DNA of 64,000 bases from Macrostomum lignano (Eukaryota), in assembly GCA_002269645.1 (NCBI GenBank), contig NIVC01000892.1, positions 186,001-250,000 on the forward strand, read 5' to 3'. Position 1 is the stretch's first letter, and the number at the start of each line of letters is the position of its first letter. Shown in pieces: positions 1 to 13,500 of the stretch. Made by a program: the position numbers and the translations under genes. Below the pieces are notes generated by a model. The model searched no databases. It saw nothing but the letters and a program-made list of their open reading frames with translations, and was not told the origin of the DNA.

Positions 1-797
1 GGCAACCAGAGACGAGACGATTGAGAGGCCGGCAACCAGAGACGAGACGATTGAGGCCGGCAACCAGAGACGAGACGATTGAGAGGCCGACAAGCAGAGA
101 CGAGATGATTGAGAGGCCGGCAACCAGAGACGAGACGATTGAGGCCGGCAACCAGAGACGAGACGATTGAGGCCGGCAACCAGAGACGAGACGATTGAGA
201 GGCCGACAAGCAGAGACGAGATGATTGAGAGGCCGGCAACCAGAGACGAGACGATTGAGGCCGGCAACCAGAGATGAGATGATTGAGAGGCCGGCAACCA
301 GAGAGGAGACGATTGAGAGGCCGGTAGACGAGACGATTGAGAAGCCGGCAAGCAGAGACGAGACGATTGAGGCCGGCAACCAGAGAGGAGACGATTGAGA
401 GGCCGGTAGACGAGACGATTGAGAAGCCGGCAAGCAGAGACGAGACGATTGAGGCCGGCAACCAGAGAGGAGACGATTGAGAGGCCGGTAGACGAGACGA
501 TTGAGAAGCCGGCAAGCAGAGACGAGACGATTGAGAGGCCGGCAACGAGACGATTGAGAGGCCGGTAGACGAGACGATTGAGAAGCCGGCAAGCAGAGAC
601 GAGACGATTGAGAGGCCGGCAACGAGACGATTGAGAAGCCGGCAAGCAGAGACGAGACGATTGAGAGGCCGGCAACGAGACGATTGAGAGGCCGGCAAGC
701 AGAGACGAGACGATTGAGAGGCCGGCAACGAGACGATTGAGAGGCCGGTAGACGAGACGATTGAGAAGCCGGCAAGCAGAGACGAGACGATTGAGAG
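1..797. repeat. Minisatellite, 28-31 bp variant units (GGCAACCAGAGACGAGACGATTGAGAGGCC)
   Basis: Direct tandem units with several length variants; runs off the left edge and abuts the BEL/Pao fragment at ~797. Confidence 0.95.
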
Positions 798-2897
798 CGC
801 TATGGGCTGCAGTGTCTCACTTGCATCAAAAGGTTAGAAGCTGCTCTTTCTCGTAATTTTAAATCTCAGGCGAGTTCGCCTCCCACTCAGTCGCAGCAAC
901 CTCAAGTCAAGCTCCCTAAGCTGCAGGTTCCCACGTTCGATGGGCAGGTTTCAACATGGCAATCATTTTGGGATCAATTCGATTCCTCGATCAATTCAAA
1001 CACCTCACTTTCTGAAATTGACAAGTTTAATTATCTCGTGGCCTCTCTATCTGAGGCGGCAAAGTCATGCATTAGAGGCCTGGCTATCACTGCTGACAAC
1101 TATTCCACTGCGGTGGATATTCTAAAAGAGCGCTTTGGCAAACCCGAGGTGGTTGTCAAGGAGTTAATGCATAAAATCTCGGAGCTCCGCCTGTCTGATG
1201 CATCCCTGCGCTCTCTGCAGCAATTTCACGATGACATTTCTGCTGCCATGCGTAGCCTGAACGCTCAGGGTGTCTCTGCCAATTCTTACGAGTCACTTTT
1301 GGTTCCATCGCTGATGAGCAAGTGCCCATCAGCCTTCCGGTTAGAGCTCCTGAGAGCCGCGCAAATGCAGGGATCGGACATTAATTCACTGGAGAGCCTC
1401 TTGCGATCGCTAAAGCAGGAAATTACGGTTCGCGAAAGTGCTGGGCAAGGGCAGTTCCTGAGTTCGAAAGAGTCGACGAAGTCCTCATCACCTGCTGGCT
1501 CTAGCAGTAGCAAAGCTTCTCCACGGCATTCGTCTGTCTCGACTCTGGTGACACTTCAGCCGAAGGCGTCCAAACAGGCCTCTTCGAAGATCTTCTGCAC
1601 CTACTGCAAAGGCTCACACTCGTCTGAGTCCTGTACCAACCTCGTTTCCGCTGATCAGAGACGGGCCTTTCTTGCGTCTGAGAAGCGCTGCTTTAGGTGC
1701 TTGCGCCTGGGACATTTGGCACCTCAATGCAAAGATCCGAGACCATGTCGGGGCTGCTCAGGTAGACACCATGTCAGCATCTGCATTAAAAATTCACAGG
1801 CAGGCAGGGAGTCAGATAAGCCATCCACGTCCGCCAAGAAACCAGCTTCGCCGCCGAATCAGTGCTTAGCATCTGTGACAGAGTCTTTTGCCTTCACAAT
1901 GTTCATTTCTGACAATCCGGCAGTGGCTCTGCCCGTTGCCAAAGCCATTTTGCTCAGCACAGATGGTCGCCGGGAAATGATGGTGCGTGTTCTGTTTGAC
2001 ACGGCCAGTAATCGCAGCTACATTCGTCAGGACATTTGTGACCTGCTGGGCATTCAGGCGAATTCACTGGAACGGCTTAACGTCTCGTCGTTTGCTGGAA
2101 ACAGCACGGCTCTGCAGTCTGGTAGTGCTAACATCGCATTACGCAAAATGGATTCTTTCGAAGTGATCCAGATTCGTACAAATATCGTCGAGACAATATG
2201 TCAACCACAACATTCAGTCAAAGTGACAGGGTTCGAACACCTGCACTCTCTAGATTTAGCGGATCCATACGATCCTCGGGATCAGCACACGCCTATATCT
2301 ATTCTAATAGGCTCAGACTTCTATTACCAAATCGTGGGTGACACGGTAGTGCGTGGAGACTCTGGCCCAGTGGCCATCTCATCAAAGCTGGGGTTTCTAT
2401 TATGCGGCCCCCTCGCTACTGGCATCAACAATACATGTAGTGCTAGTATAGGCAACTCGATCGAGTCTAGTGTTCCCAATGAGGACACCTGCGCTTTAGC
2501 TCTATGCTGCTCAGTTTGCGAGAATATCTCACTGGACGCTTCACACACACGAGACATTTCGACTCTCTGGAAATTAGAGTCTATTGGGGTCCTAGATGAT
2601 CCGGGCCCCAACTCGGAGTCCTCGTTTCATTGCAATCCTCAGCTTCGGGATGGACGCTATTCCGTCCAGCTACCATGGTCTCTGCCAAAAGAGTCCATTA
2701 TGCTCACTGACCACTTTGATTTGTCTTTTCGGCGACTGATATCGACCAGACGTCAACTGGAACGCGATCAGACTAAGCTGGCCCAGTGCGAAGCCATCAT
2801 CGCAGAGCAAGAGGCTCTTGGCATCATTGAGAGAGTCCCTGTTAGTAACTCTAGTAGTAGCCTGATTCACTATCTTCCTCACAGCTGTATCTCCTAG
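795..2897 (+). mobile_element. BEL/Pao LTR-retrotransposon gag-protease fragment, truncated just before the RT core
   Basis: Frame open from 795: VKLPKLQVPTFDG..W..FWDQF (DUF1759-type gag), Cys/His knuckles CTYCKGSHSSESC, CFRCLRLGHLAPQC and CRGCSGRHHVSIC, protease LFDTASNRSYI, LGFLLCGP, LWKLESIG, RYSVQLPW; ends at IHYLPH. Confidence 0.92.
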
Positions 2898-3694
2898 CAG
2901 TTCCAAGCGAGCAATGGATAGATTCAGCAGCGGCGCAACGCGAGACTTAGCCATGAGGAGCACGGTGTCGACGGCGCCATCGTCAGATGCAACACGCGCG
3001 TAGATGCGTGCCTCAATATACTGAGCTTCGAATTGAACACCTCGAGATACGCAGCCGCCTCAGCGACTTCGACTTCTCTCTGCAAACCCCTGTCCAACAG
3101 CACTTGCACTTTGCCGACCGCTTTAGTAACGCTAGACCGAATGCCCGCCCGTTTCCGGACAGCAGCTGCCAATTCATCTTCTGAGAGAACCATGATTGAG
3201 ATGCGAACGACAACGAGAACACAGAGAAAACCGGCAGCGAGAATCCCGACTAAAGAACGTCTAAGCGACCAAACGGAGACAAAGGTGGAAAAGAGAGGAC
3301 AAGAGGGCAGGAGACAAACTACGAGTAGTATGCGAATAGAAAAAAGAACATCGAAAAAACAAGCACATAGAGTCAATCTACCGCAAGCCGTGCAGAGTCA
3401 GAAGCCAGCAGCACCGGCTCGAATCTAGATGAGAGCCCCTGGTTCCAGAACGTCACGAAGTTGGCCCGTGCTATGATGTGAAATCAGGTGTGGTCGAGCG
3501 GAGACCGTGACCGCCACGGCAGAAGCCGGTTGAACCAGGAGCGAGCCACTGTCGAGTGCAGACGGCTAGAACAGCGAACTGCAGAGAATGTTGAGCTGGG
3601 CCGGAGTTGAGGTCGAGTTTGGCTAGTCGAACTGAGCTTCTAATGCTAGATTTTGAGCCAGGTTGAATTCTTCAGTAATTTACATTGGGCGCCA
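2890..3694 (-). mobile_element. BEL/Pao 5' leader, gag N-terminus and fused RNase H fragment, inverted relative to 795-2897
   Basis: ATG at 3193: MVLSEDELAAAVRKRAGIRSSVTK.. jumps at ~3013 into ARIYARVASDDGAVDTVLLMAKSRVAPLLNLSIARLELLG, the Pao RNase H signature AKSRVAP..SI.RLEL. PBS TGGCGCCCAA at 3694-3685. Confidence 0.85.
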
Positions 3695-4009
3695 TGTAGA
3701 GAAAATAAGACTAAAAACACTAGAACTAAATTAGATGTTAAATTGAATACTAAGATACGCCAGTAAGTGGGCGCAGGGCCCAAACAAGTATATTTATATG
3801 ACTAATTTAGAGGGGGGTTGACTCCAGATAATAAGGAGAGGGGTGAAGTGCGCGACTGAAGAGAGAGGCGAGAATGGAGAACCAATCAGAAGGCAGCAAG
3901 GGAGAGAGAGAGATAAGAATAACAAGATTGAGCTAGACAGAGAGAGAGAAAACGGAGTAAACAGAGACAATTGAAGGTGAACTAAGAAATGACTAGGAAA
4001 GTCGCGACA
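3695..4009 (-). mobile_element. Probable 5' LTR of the BEL/Pao element
   Basis: Reads TGT...ACA on the minus strand, contains TATAAATA, and is followed directly by a PBS matching the tRNA-Lys 3' end (TGGCGCCCAA). No second copy in the window; the 4009 boundary is inferred. Confidence 0.6.
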
Positions 4010-4213
4010 GTCCGAGGATTATCCTCCAAGAAAATTCAGAATTGAATTTTAATCATTTTCCATTATAGAACTGAAGTTCAATTATTTAACCTGTGACGCA
4101 TCGTAATATATTCTTTAATTTGCTTCTCATCAAGCTTTTTATTTGCTTATCTTATTTGCTTCATAAGCTCATGTTGGCTAGATTAGCAACTAGCCTCTCA
4201 CAATCTGATGAAA

Positions 4214-6292
4214 CTAGAGGCTAATCTGATAGTACAGCACCGGGTGGCCGTCTTGGCTGAGGATGGCCGATACTGCGGACTCGCTAGCATCTGTCGTCAG
4301 GGTGGTCAGCTTCCTAGGATCACCGGGTGCACTGCCAAGACTCGCTTGAGGTCTTCGAAAGCTTTTTGATGCTCCAGGCCCCATGCACACAAAGCTGGAC
4401 TTCTGACTCCGCAAAGCTGTCAAGGGCTCAATCCTCTCCGAATAGGCCTGGATGTAGCGCGCATAATAGTTGGTTAACCCGAGGAATGACTCCAGCTCCT
4501 TCCTCGGCGTAGGCGGCTTGATTTTCTGGATCTTCTCCACCAGCTTCTTGTCTGGCCGAACTCCATCCGCTGCGATGCGATATCCCAGGAAGCAGATCTC
4601 ATGAAGTGCTTCGAAAGACGCACTTTTCATGGTTGATTTCCATGCCGGCCTCTTTGAGGGTGCTGAGCAAATGCTTTACTTTGGCGTCCAGCTCACCTGT
4701 CTGAGCGCCCACGCAAACTTCCTCTTGATAGATCACCATGTTCGACACCGCGTCGCCAATGGTGGCCTTCATGGCTGCCTGAAGTTGGGCACTGGCTGTC
4801 TTGACACCGTAGGGGATTCTCGTCCAACGCAGCAGGCCGATCGGCGTATTGATTGTGAGCACTTCCCTTGCGTTCTCATCCAGCTCGATCTGGTTGTGGG
4901 AGTTTGTCAAGTCGACGGTGGCGAAGTGGTTCATCCCGGACTCAATATGTTGGGCAGCGGGAAGGAGTCAGCGCATATTTTGGGATTGACTCCCACCTTG
5001 TACTCCGAGCAGATTCGCTGATCATTGTTCGGTTTGCGCGCGACCACAATTGGTGAGGCCCACCGGCTGCCTCCGGGTGGTACAGGCTCCAGAATCCCCC
5101 TCTGCACCATCTTCCGCAGCTTCTCGATGACCAGCGGCTTCATGTGGATCGGTACCTGACGGGCCTCGAAATAGCTTGGCTGCGCATTCTCTTTCAAGAC
5201 TATCCGAGCCCTGAAGTCCCGCAGCTGATGGCAGGCTGATGGTTGGTGGCAACTCCGTCGAGCTTGAAGTCCAAATCATCGGTGCCCAGCAGTCCATGGT
5301 TCTTCTTGCATGCGGCCACAGTAACCTCGATGCAGGCAACTCTGTCGCTGAGCTCTACCACCGCCAAGAAGCAACCGAAGGTCTTGATGACAGACCCATC
5401 GAACTGGCGAAGCTGCCTGGGACACCGCTTGAGCCGAGGTTCACCCAAGGCTTTCCAAAAGTTCTTGGGGATGATGCTGGCGTCTGATCCGGAATCGAGC
5501 TGCATTGTCAGGAGCTTACCGTCCAGCTTCACATTCTTGATGCTGCTCGTCTTGATCTTATTCGTGCTGCTGACGGTGAAGACTGGGCTGCGAGCCAGGT
5601 TGCCTTCCGGTTCCTCAAGCCTGCCAACTTGTTCTGGGCGCTGCTTTTTCACACAGCTGCTGGGGCTTACTACTCAGTTGGGGTGCTGGAGCTGGTCGAT
5701 GACTGTTTGACCTGATCGGAGCTGCTGTACTGCTGGATGAGCTCCAGCTGTTGAACATATTCGACGCAGGTATCCAGCTTCACAGCTGTGGCAGCGCTCT
5801 GGATGAACTCGAGAAACTTGGCCCGATGCTTCACGTTGTGCAGTCCGCTGATCAGCATCGTCTGAATGAGCTCGTCCTCGGCAGTCTGATGGCAGCCCTC
5901 AGCGTTCAGTTTGCTGAATTCGCAGTACCTGGAGGCATCCGTGAGACGCTGCGCAAATTTCTGGCTCGATTCACCAGTCTCTTGCCGAAGTGCCATGAAT
6001 CTGGATCTCTCCACAGTGACCAGCCTTTTCTTGGGTGCCATCTTCTCCATGATCAGGTTGCGAATGTGCGAATGTCAGCGAAATCCATATTCTCCAGTTC
6101 CTTGGGCTGCACCATGACAGACACTCTGCGGACTGCCTCGACTCCCGCCTTGAACAGGAAGAGGTCAGTAATCTGGCGATCTTCATTGGAGTCCGTCAGC
6201 TTCTTGCTTCGACTGAGTGCGGCGAAACTCCTGAGCCATGCCTCAGTCATGGCTGGATCGTTTAGTGGCAGGTCACTTGCTTACGACGCCAT
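4214..6292 (-). mobile_element. Decayed Ty3/gypsy retrotransposon: gag, protease, RT and start of RNase H; no integrase
   Basis: Frameshifted pieces: gag (ERSRFMALRQETGES..FAQRL), protease LDSGSDASII, RT WASPIVVARK, PYGVKTA, YQEE (YxDD mutated), FLGY, LESFLGLTNYY, RNase H TTDASESAVSAILSQ. PBS-like TGGCGTCGTAAG at 6291. Confidence 0.92.
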
Positions 6293-6505
6293 TGTTGTGC
6301 CGTGAAGTTGGCATAAATTAAGAAACTCAAGGTTTATTTTAACTAGCAAGTAGCCTATATTTAATAATGACCCGAGCGGGAGCTGAGAGAACATCGAAAT
6401 AGAGTCACGTGATGACAATTAATTACGTACAAGTACATGGAAGCTTAGTGGTATGGCGAAGGGAGAGGAAAGAATGGTGTGCACGTACGATGCACATACA
6501 CAACA
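6293..6505 (-). mobile_element. 5' LTR of the gypsy element (213 bp)
   Basis: Perfect 7-bp inverted termini TGTTGTG...CACAACA, one base from the PBS. No 3' LTR found. Confidence 0.8.
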
Positions 6506-7130
6506 TAAGTTAGTTAGTTAGTCAGTGCCTCCGGCAGCACAGTAGCCAAATCCCTAATCCCAAGATTAGCTGATTTCTACCTTCGAAAGTTTTGTTTGCT
6601 TAAATCTGTACGTCGCTGTTTTATCACGTAGCTGTAGGAGGCAGCCACTGGACTACAGTCATGAGCTTTGTTCTCCTAATTGATTACCTGCATGACCGCG
6701 TCTCTAAAATGAATACGCAGACACATTGCAAAAGATTGGTTTAACCTGAGTTGTTCTAAAAATTTCAAATTGGAATGCAGGCTGGGATGAATTGAAAAAG
6801 GCGGGAAATTTTTAATTAAATAAAATGTCTGCGAGAGACAGGCTTTGTCTTGCTATTTGTTAAGTCAATTGTTATAAATGGCATTTCTTTTATAACCTTG
6901 CGATGAAATACAGTAGCTACAGTTTCGTGCAAGTGTCAATTCTACTTCTATCTAATAAACAATTCTAAGTTTCTAAGTTTCTGCGTATCTTCAAAAATAT
7001 ATATAAGGTCTGGTTTAACTAGCTACATGACAACCCGCCTGTAATAAGTAGTTCACAAAGAGTCGGTATGCTTATGAAACCATTTGTCAATTGTTTTTTC
7101 TGCATGTATTATAGATGCAGTTAACTAATG

Positions 7131-7522
7131 GTCAGTCGGTAGTCAGTCGGTAGTCAGTCGGTAGTCAGTCGGTAGCCAGTCGGTAGTCAGTCGGTAGCCA
7201 GTCGGTAGCCAGTCGGTAGTCAGTCGGTAGTCAGTCGGTAGCCAGTCGGTAGCCAGTCGGTAGTCAGTCGGTAGTCAGTCGGTAGCCAGTCGGTAGCCAG
7301 TCGGTAGTCAGTCGGTAGCCAGTCGGTAGCCAGTCGGTAGCCAGTCGGTAGCCAGTCGGTAGCCAGTCGGTAGCCAGTCGGTAGCCAGTCGGTAGTCAGT
7401 CAGTAGTCAGTCGGTAGTCAGTCGGTAGTCAGTCGGTAGCCAGTCGGTAGTCAGTCGGTAGCCAGTCGGTAGTCAGTCGGTAGTCAGTCGGTAGCCAGTC
7501 GGTAGCCAGTCGGTAGCCAGTC
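7131..7522. repeat. 11-bp satellite (GGTAGTCAGTC/GGTAGCCAGTC) just 3' of the gene A stop codon
   Basis: About 35 direct units; same family as 20745-21338. Confidence 0.95.
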
Positions 7523-7527
7523 TCACA

Positions 7528-10500
7528 CTAGCTCTGAGGCACGGTGATTCCGGCTGAAGTCTGCATCGCAGTCTCCATATCGTCAACCTTGCTTGGGCCG
7601 TGTTTGATCAGCATGAAGATCTGGAATAATGTTAATCGTTGATTTCAACCGACAAAGTATATTTTCCAAGACATTCACAAGCATCACCGCAAGATCGGTC
7701 CTCGCACCTTGCTGCCAAACACCAGAATCAGGGTGGTACTTGAGCAGATTATGATGCAGCTGGCAATGAGCGACACTTTCAGATCCTGACTCGACGAGGG
7801 CAGAGCGAACAGAATGACCACACCGATGAGACCCATGACGGTGGTGTTGTACACGCACACTCCGATCTTCTTCGAGTCGTTGAGCGCTTCCACCTGCACC
7901 GTGCGAGTCTCCCAGGCAAAGAACAGCGCGAACAGCAGCAGAAAACCTTTGACTCCAAGTTCGGAGGCAATCCAAATTGTCATGTTGTTGCAGGTGCATA
8001 CATCGATTGTCGATCGAATGAGAGTTCCGTCTTCAGTTTCCTAGAATTTATTGTTTCAGGCATTGTTCGGAACGTTGGTTAATATGAAAATAAAATGGCT
8101 CTTCTGATACTTTTAATTCACTGCCATTGACACAATTTTTCAGCAAAAGTTTTGAATACTTTTTGAATACCGGATGCTGTGGCACAAAATCAAGCTGTCA
8201 AGACACCCGTAAGAGTCCACACCCATATGCCTTTACTCACAACGGAGGGCAGAGAGACACTCTCCACTGTCAGCGGATCGATGATTCCCCAAGCGATTAG
8301 CAGGACAATATCAGTGGCCAGGACTAGCAGGATAACTGCAAACAGATGCGAATCCTTGATGGCCTGGGGAAAGAGACGAAAATTCGAGCTAAGTTGTTTG
8401 CAAAAACGGCACAGGGGATTGATTCGTGCGATATTAACTGTTACCTTAATCAGCTTCTCGCGTACGTCTGTCTATAGAACTTCCCAATGTAAACCCTTTT
8501 TATTGCGATTTCTAAAACTGTTTCTCTATGATTACTAGATTTAGTGCCTATTTTATTATTGCATTAGTTGCCGATATGTATCGAAAGTAAACTTTTTCAG
8601 AGCAAATTTTGGATATATTTTTGTAACCATCCAAGGATCAAGATCATCGTAAATTTGGACGAGTTGAGAAGATGTCGATGTTCGTCTTTACAGGCTCTGA
8701 TTATACTCGTAAAAATGTAATGTTGTAAATAATTGTGGTCACATTTGGAGTCGAGCCCTGGACCTCCTGATTTCAACAACCACGCTTAATAGAGTAAATC
8801 GGGAACATAAAAAGCCCTACTAACAGACCGGCAGCTAAGCTCACCACCCTGCGCAGCTTCACGTTGGTGAAGATGCGGTGCACTCGCCACGTCTTGGCCA
8901 GCATGGCGCCGAACGCGGCCGAGTAGCCAATGGTGAGCAGAGCCGTTTGAGTCCAGCACAGACCGGTGCTCACTGCCCAGTGCGAGTTCACCGCCATCAC
9001 AATGCAGGACGCGTAGCACATCAGACAGCCAGCGCCGATCACGTTGTTCACGAGGGGACTGCTCATCTTGATGAGGCGAAGCTCTCTATAGTGGAAGTTC
9101 ACAGCCACTGTTGCTATGGAAACGGCGATGCCGATGGAGGAGGCTGAGGTGAGTGCGATAGTTCCGGCTTCGCTCAGCTGCAGCTGCCTAGTGAGCAGCT
9201 CGGGAGCGTCCACCGGAGGTGAGCCGCCTGAAATTTACACACACGGTTAATAACTGATCTCATGTTTTCCTGTTCTCTTGTTTGAGTCCATTGATTCTGA
9301 TAGATTCTACAACTTTTCTTCAATTTATTCAAGTTCTCGCATAGACTTAACCGATTCCTTACCTGCGAACCAAAATTTAGCGGTCCAGTTCAACACGTTT
9401 TCTATCGGGTCGTATGTGCCAACCAGGTGCCTGGATAGGTCTGCGGGAATATACAAGTTACAAGTGGAACTTCTGTGAGGTACGACAAGCCACTCCGTGC
9501 GCGATATGAGTTCATCGGTGCTGCGAAATTGAAATATTCATTCAACAGTGAAATGTGACATTCTAAATTTAAAACTCTTCCGCTTCAAAGAGCAATAGGA
9601 GTATGTTTTATGAATAAAAAGGGCTGAAAAAACGAACTCTGGCATGGTAACCCACAGCCAAGCTCACTTCTCAGCTGATAGATCATCACCACAGAGGTTC
9701 GGTCACCGTTGCTGTCAAACACGACTCGACCCTGCATTGAGAAGAGGCGGTTGAGCTGCCGTGAGCTCGCAGACTGACCGTCAAAGTAAAAAAACGCAGA
9801 TAAAAAAGCTAAACTAACAGAGAGACCAATAAAGTCCAGCTTCAAAATGTTCCTCATCAGCTCAGCTTTGAACGATGAGTTGCCCAGCTGCATCTCATCT
9901 GAGTAGTTCCACGACTGCAGCGTCTGATTCAGCGCGAGGGCCGCCGACATCACGGAGTCGAAGCGAAGGTCGAAACCGCTAATCGTTTTCATTCTGGCGT
10001 CCGCGAGTCTGGCGGGGTACTCGATGAGGAACTGGCGGTACAGCTCTGGGAGAGTCTGCGGACAGTTACGGGAAGGGAGTCGTCTGCAGGCCCCTACAGC
10101 TGTGGGAGAGTCCGCAGGACAAATGAATCAAGGATCAGCTCATACCTTTCCAGCAGGTCCAATCCTTGTCTCAATCAGCGCAGGGTCCATCACTGCCGTG
10201 TCCGTCTCGATGGAGCCCTCCATACTCTCTGCTCTGTCGGAGTCTGGGCAGGAGCCCTCGATTTGGGCGGTGGTGAATGGCAGACCCACTTGGATCCAAA
10301 AGTACTTCGGACCGTAGGCGCCCAGTTGTTTGAGCTGAAGATCGATTAGTGCAGGTTTGGAGGTCACGATTATATCACGAGAACTACAAGCTTGTAGCTA
10401 ATCGCCAAGAATTGATAGTATTATCCAAATGCTTGAAACTCATATGGAAAACCCTGTCTATCACAAACCTTTAAGTATAAGCCGTATATTTTTAAGGAAA

Positions 10501-13500
10501 CTTACAACGCATTCGAAGCGCTTGTCCGGATCTTCCGTGCCTCCAACGCGAACGATGATGAAAATTCTGATGTCGCTTTGCTTGAAAAGTTATTGCGGCG
10601 CAGGGAATACTTGGCATTTATTATATATAACTTTTTGCAGCCCATTTGGGCTTGCGCGCATTTAATTTAATCCAAGATATGTTTGTCAAAGTAATGGAGC
10701 TTTTGTCTATGGTAGCAAGGCTGGCACATCGGCATTTAATTTGGTCCAACAAGCATCGATTTGGTCCATTAGGTTCATTTGCAGCTCAGTCCCAGAATTG
10801 TGGACCATATGCTGGGCAGTTGAACGAATGCCATTGGCTTGTGATCGAAGCACTCGACAGAGGTGAACACCCAAAGGACATTGCAAGGTTGCTGAATGTA
10901 AAAGAAAAGGTGGTTTACAGCATCCATCAGGATGTTGAAACTCTTTCGCAGGCAATCTCTGCCGGCAATCGCCAAGGCAAGTTGCTCGAGAGCCTCAGGT
11001 CCAACTGCTACTCGATGCAGTTGAGACGAACCCTTTGTTGACGTTGCCGAAATGCAGCAGAAGTTAAAAGAACAGTTCCAGTTGGTTATCAGATTTCGAC
11101 TATCAGCAGAGCTCTGGAAAAGCGACTGAAAATTGTTGGTAGAGACGCTGACATTCCAGCGGTGCGCAACAACCTGCAGAGGGTTGTGAGAAGGCAAGAG
11201 TTTGTCCAATGGCTCACGAGTGCTTCGACCAAATGGATGCTTGTTGGGCCAAATTAAATGCCGATGTGCCAGCCTTGCTAACATAGACAAAAGCTCCGTT
11301 ACTTTGGCAAACGTATCTTGGATTAAATTAAATGCGCGTAAGCCCAAATGGGCTGCAAAATGCTATACTACAACATAGCAAATTAGTAAAATAAGCTATT
11401 GGCGTTGAATTCTTACCAATAGGTTTCTAATAGCATTAGTTGGATCGCTGCTGTAGATCATTTTCTGATACGAGGTCAGATTGTTAGCAATCAGAGCCGC
11501 CTCGAGTTTCAGAGCCACCTGATTTGTTTAAAAGAATTCTGTGAGAATTTTCATGACGGCTCTAATAACAATGATTCAAGGCATGCATGACCCTTCTCAA
11601 GTCAAAGTGGTTTAGCTGTCGATGAGAACTCAGAGCTCCTTTCGAACCGTGCCGCAATAGGACCTGGCCTGCGATTCCTGGACTCAAGTTTTTAATTCGT
11701 TAGAGTCAGGGGGCTGAGTGCACCCTGGCGCACTTAAAGCGACATTGTCCATCCAACCAGACTGCAATTTTGAAAACTAAAAGTAAAAAAACTTTTTTTT
11801 CGAAAACTTCTGTTTCATTAGGAGAAATTTTTGAGCATTGAGGAGCATTGTGCACAGTGCTATCGATCCAATGGCATATGCTATTCTGTTAACCAGCTGC
11901 ATGGGGTAAAATTTCTCACTGGGTAGGCCACCGCGAAGTCTGACGCAATGAAGCCGAACTTTTTCCAGCCAAATTTTTTGATAATTTTTACAGTCGGCTC
12001 AACAAACAGACTGCTGGCGATTGGCATTCGAACGTAGTAGGGGTAGAGGGACTTGTCACTCAGCAGTGGCGACGTGTTTGAGAAGCCGATCTGAAAATAG
12101 AAAGTTTATAAGGATGTTACAATTTGGTCAGAGGCTGTTTTCATGGTTGGTCAGATAAATTTACCAAGATTGGTCAAATAATGTCGTCAATATTGGTCAG
12201 ATAATGATTGGTCAGAGTGTGCCATCAATATTGATCAGAGAGTGCCATTAATATTGGTCAGAGATTTTCATCAATATTGGTCAGAGAAAATAATCAATAT
12301 TGGTCACAGATTTTCATCAGTATTAGTCAGAGAGTGCCATCAATATTGGTCAGAGAGTGCCATCAATATTGGTCAGAGAGTGCCATCAATATTAGTCAGA
12401 GAGTGCCATCAATATTGGTCAGAGAGTGCCATCAATATTAGTCAGAGAGTACCATCAATATTGGTCAGAGAGTGCCATCAGTATTGGTCAGAGATTTTCA
12501 TCAATATTGGTCAGAGAGTGCCATCAATATTGGTCAGAGAGTGCCATCAATATTGGTCAGAGAGTGCCATCAATATTGGTCAGAGAGTGCCATCAATATT
12601 GGTCAGAGAGTGCCATCAATATTGGTCAGAGAGTGCCATCAATATTGGTCAGAGAGTGCCATCAATATTGGTCAGAGAGTGCCATCAGTATTGGTCAGAG
12701 ATTTTCATCAATATTGGTCAGAGAGTGCCATCAGTATTGGTCAGAGAGTGCCATCAATATTGGTCAGAGAGTGCCATCAATATTAGTCAGAGAGTGCCAT
12801 CAGTATTGGTCAGAGAGTGCCATCAATATTGGTCAGAGAGTGCCATCAATATTGGTCAGAGAGTGCCATCAGTATTGGTCAGAGATTTTCATCAATATTG
12901 GTCAGAGAGTGCCATCAATATTAGTCAGAGAGTGCCATCAATATTGGTCAGAGAGTGCCATCAATATTAGTCAGAGAGTGCCATCAATATTGGTCAGAGA
13001 GTGCCATCAATATTGGTCAGAGAATGTCATCAATATTGGTCAGAGAGTGCCATCAGTATAGGTCAGAGATTTTCATCAATATTGGTCAGAGAGTGCCATC
13101 AATATTGGTCAGAGAGTGCCATCAGTATTGGTCAGAGATTTTCATCAATATTGGTCAGAGAGTGCCATCAGTATTGGTCAGAGAGTGCCATCAATATTGG
13201 TCAGAGAGTGCCATCAATATTGGTCAGAGAGTGCCATCAATATTGGTCAGAGAGTGCCATCAATATTAGTCAGAGAGTGCCATCAATATTGGTCAGAGAG
13301 TGCCATCAATATTGGTCAGAGAATGTCATCAATATTGGTCAGAGAGTGCCATCAGTATAGGTCAGAGATTTTCATCAATATTGGTCAGAGAGTGCCATCA
13401 ATATTGGTCAGAGAGTGCCATCAATATTGGTCAGAGAGTGCCATCAATATTGGTCAGAGAGTGCCATCAATATTGGTCAGAGAGTGCCATCAATATTGGT

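Noticed and set aside
4190-4230. CTGATGAAAC inside the inverted repeat TAGCCTCT/AGAGGCTA as a hammerhead
   Set aside because: No stem II, no separate GAAA and no NUH cleavage site in a valid topology.
6506-6545. (TTAG)n next to the gypsy LTR, and TTAG tails generally, as telomeric repeat
   Set aside because: Only 3-4 tetramer units, not TTAGGG/TTAGG; more likely a retroelement tail.
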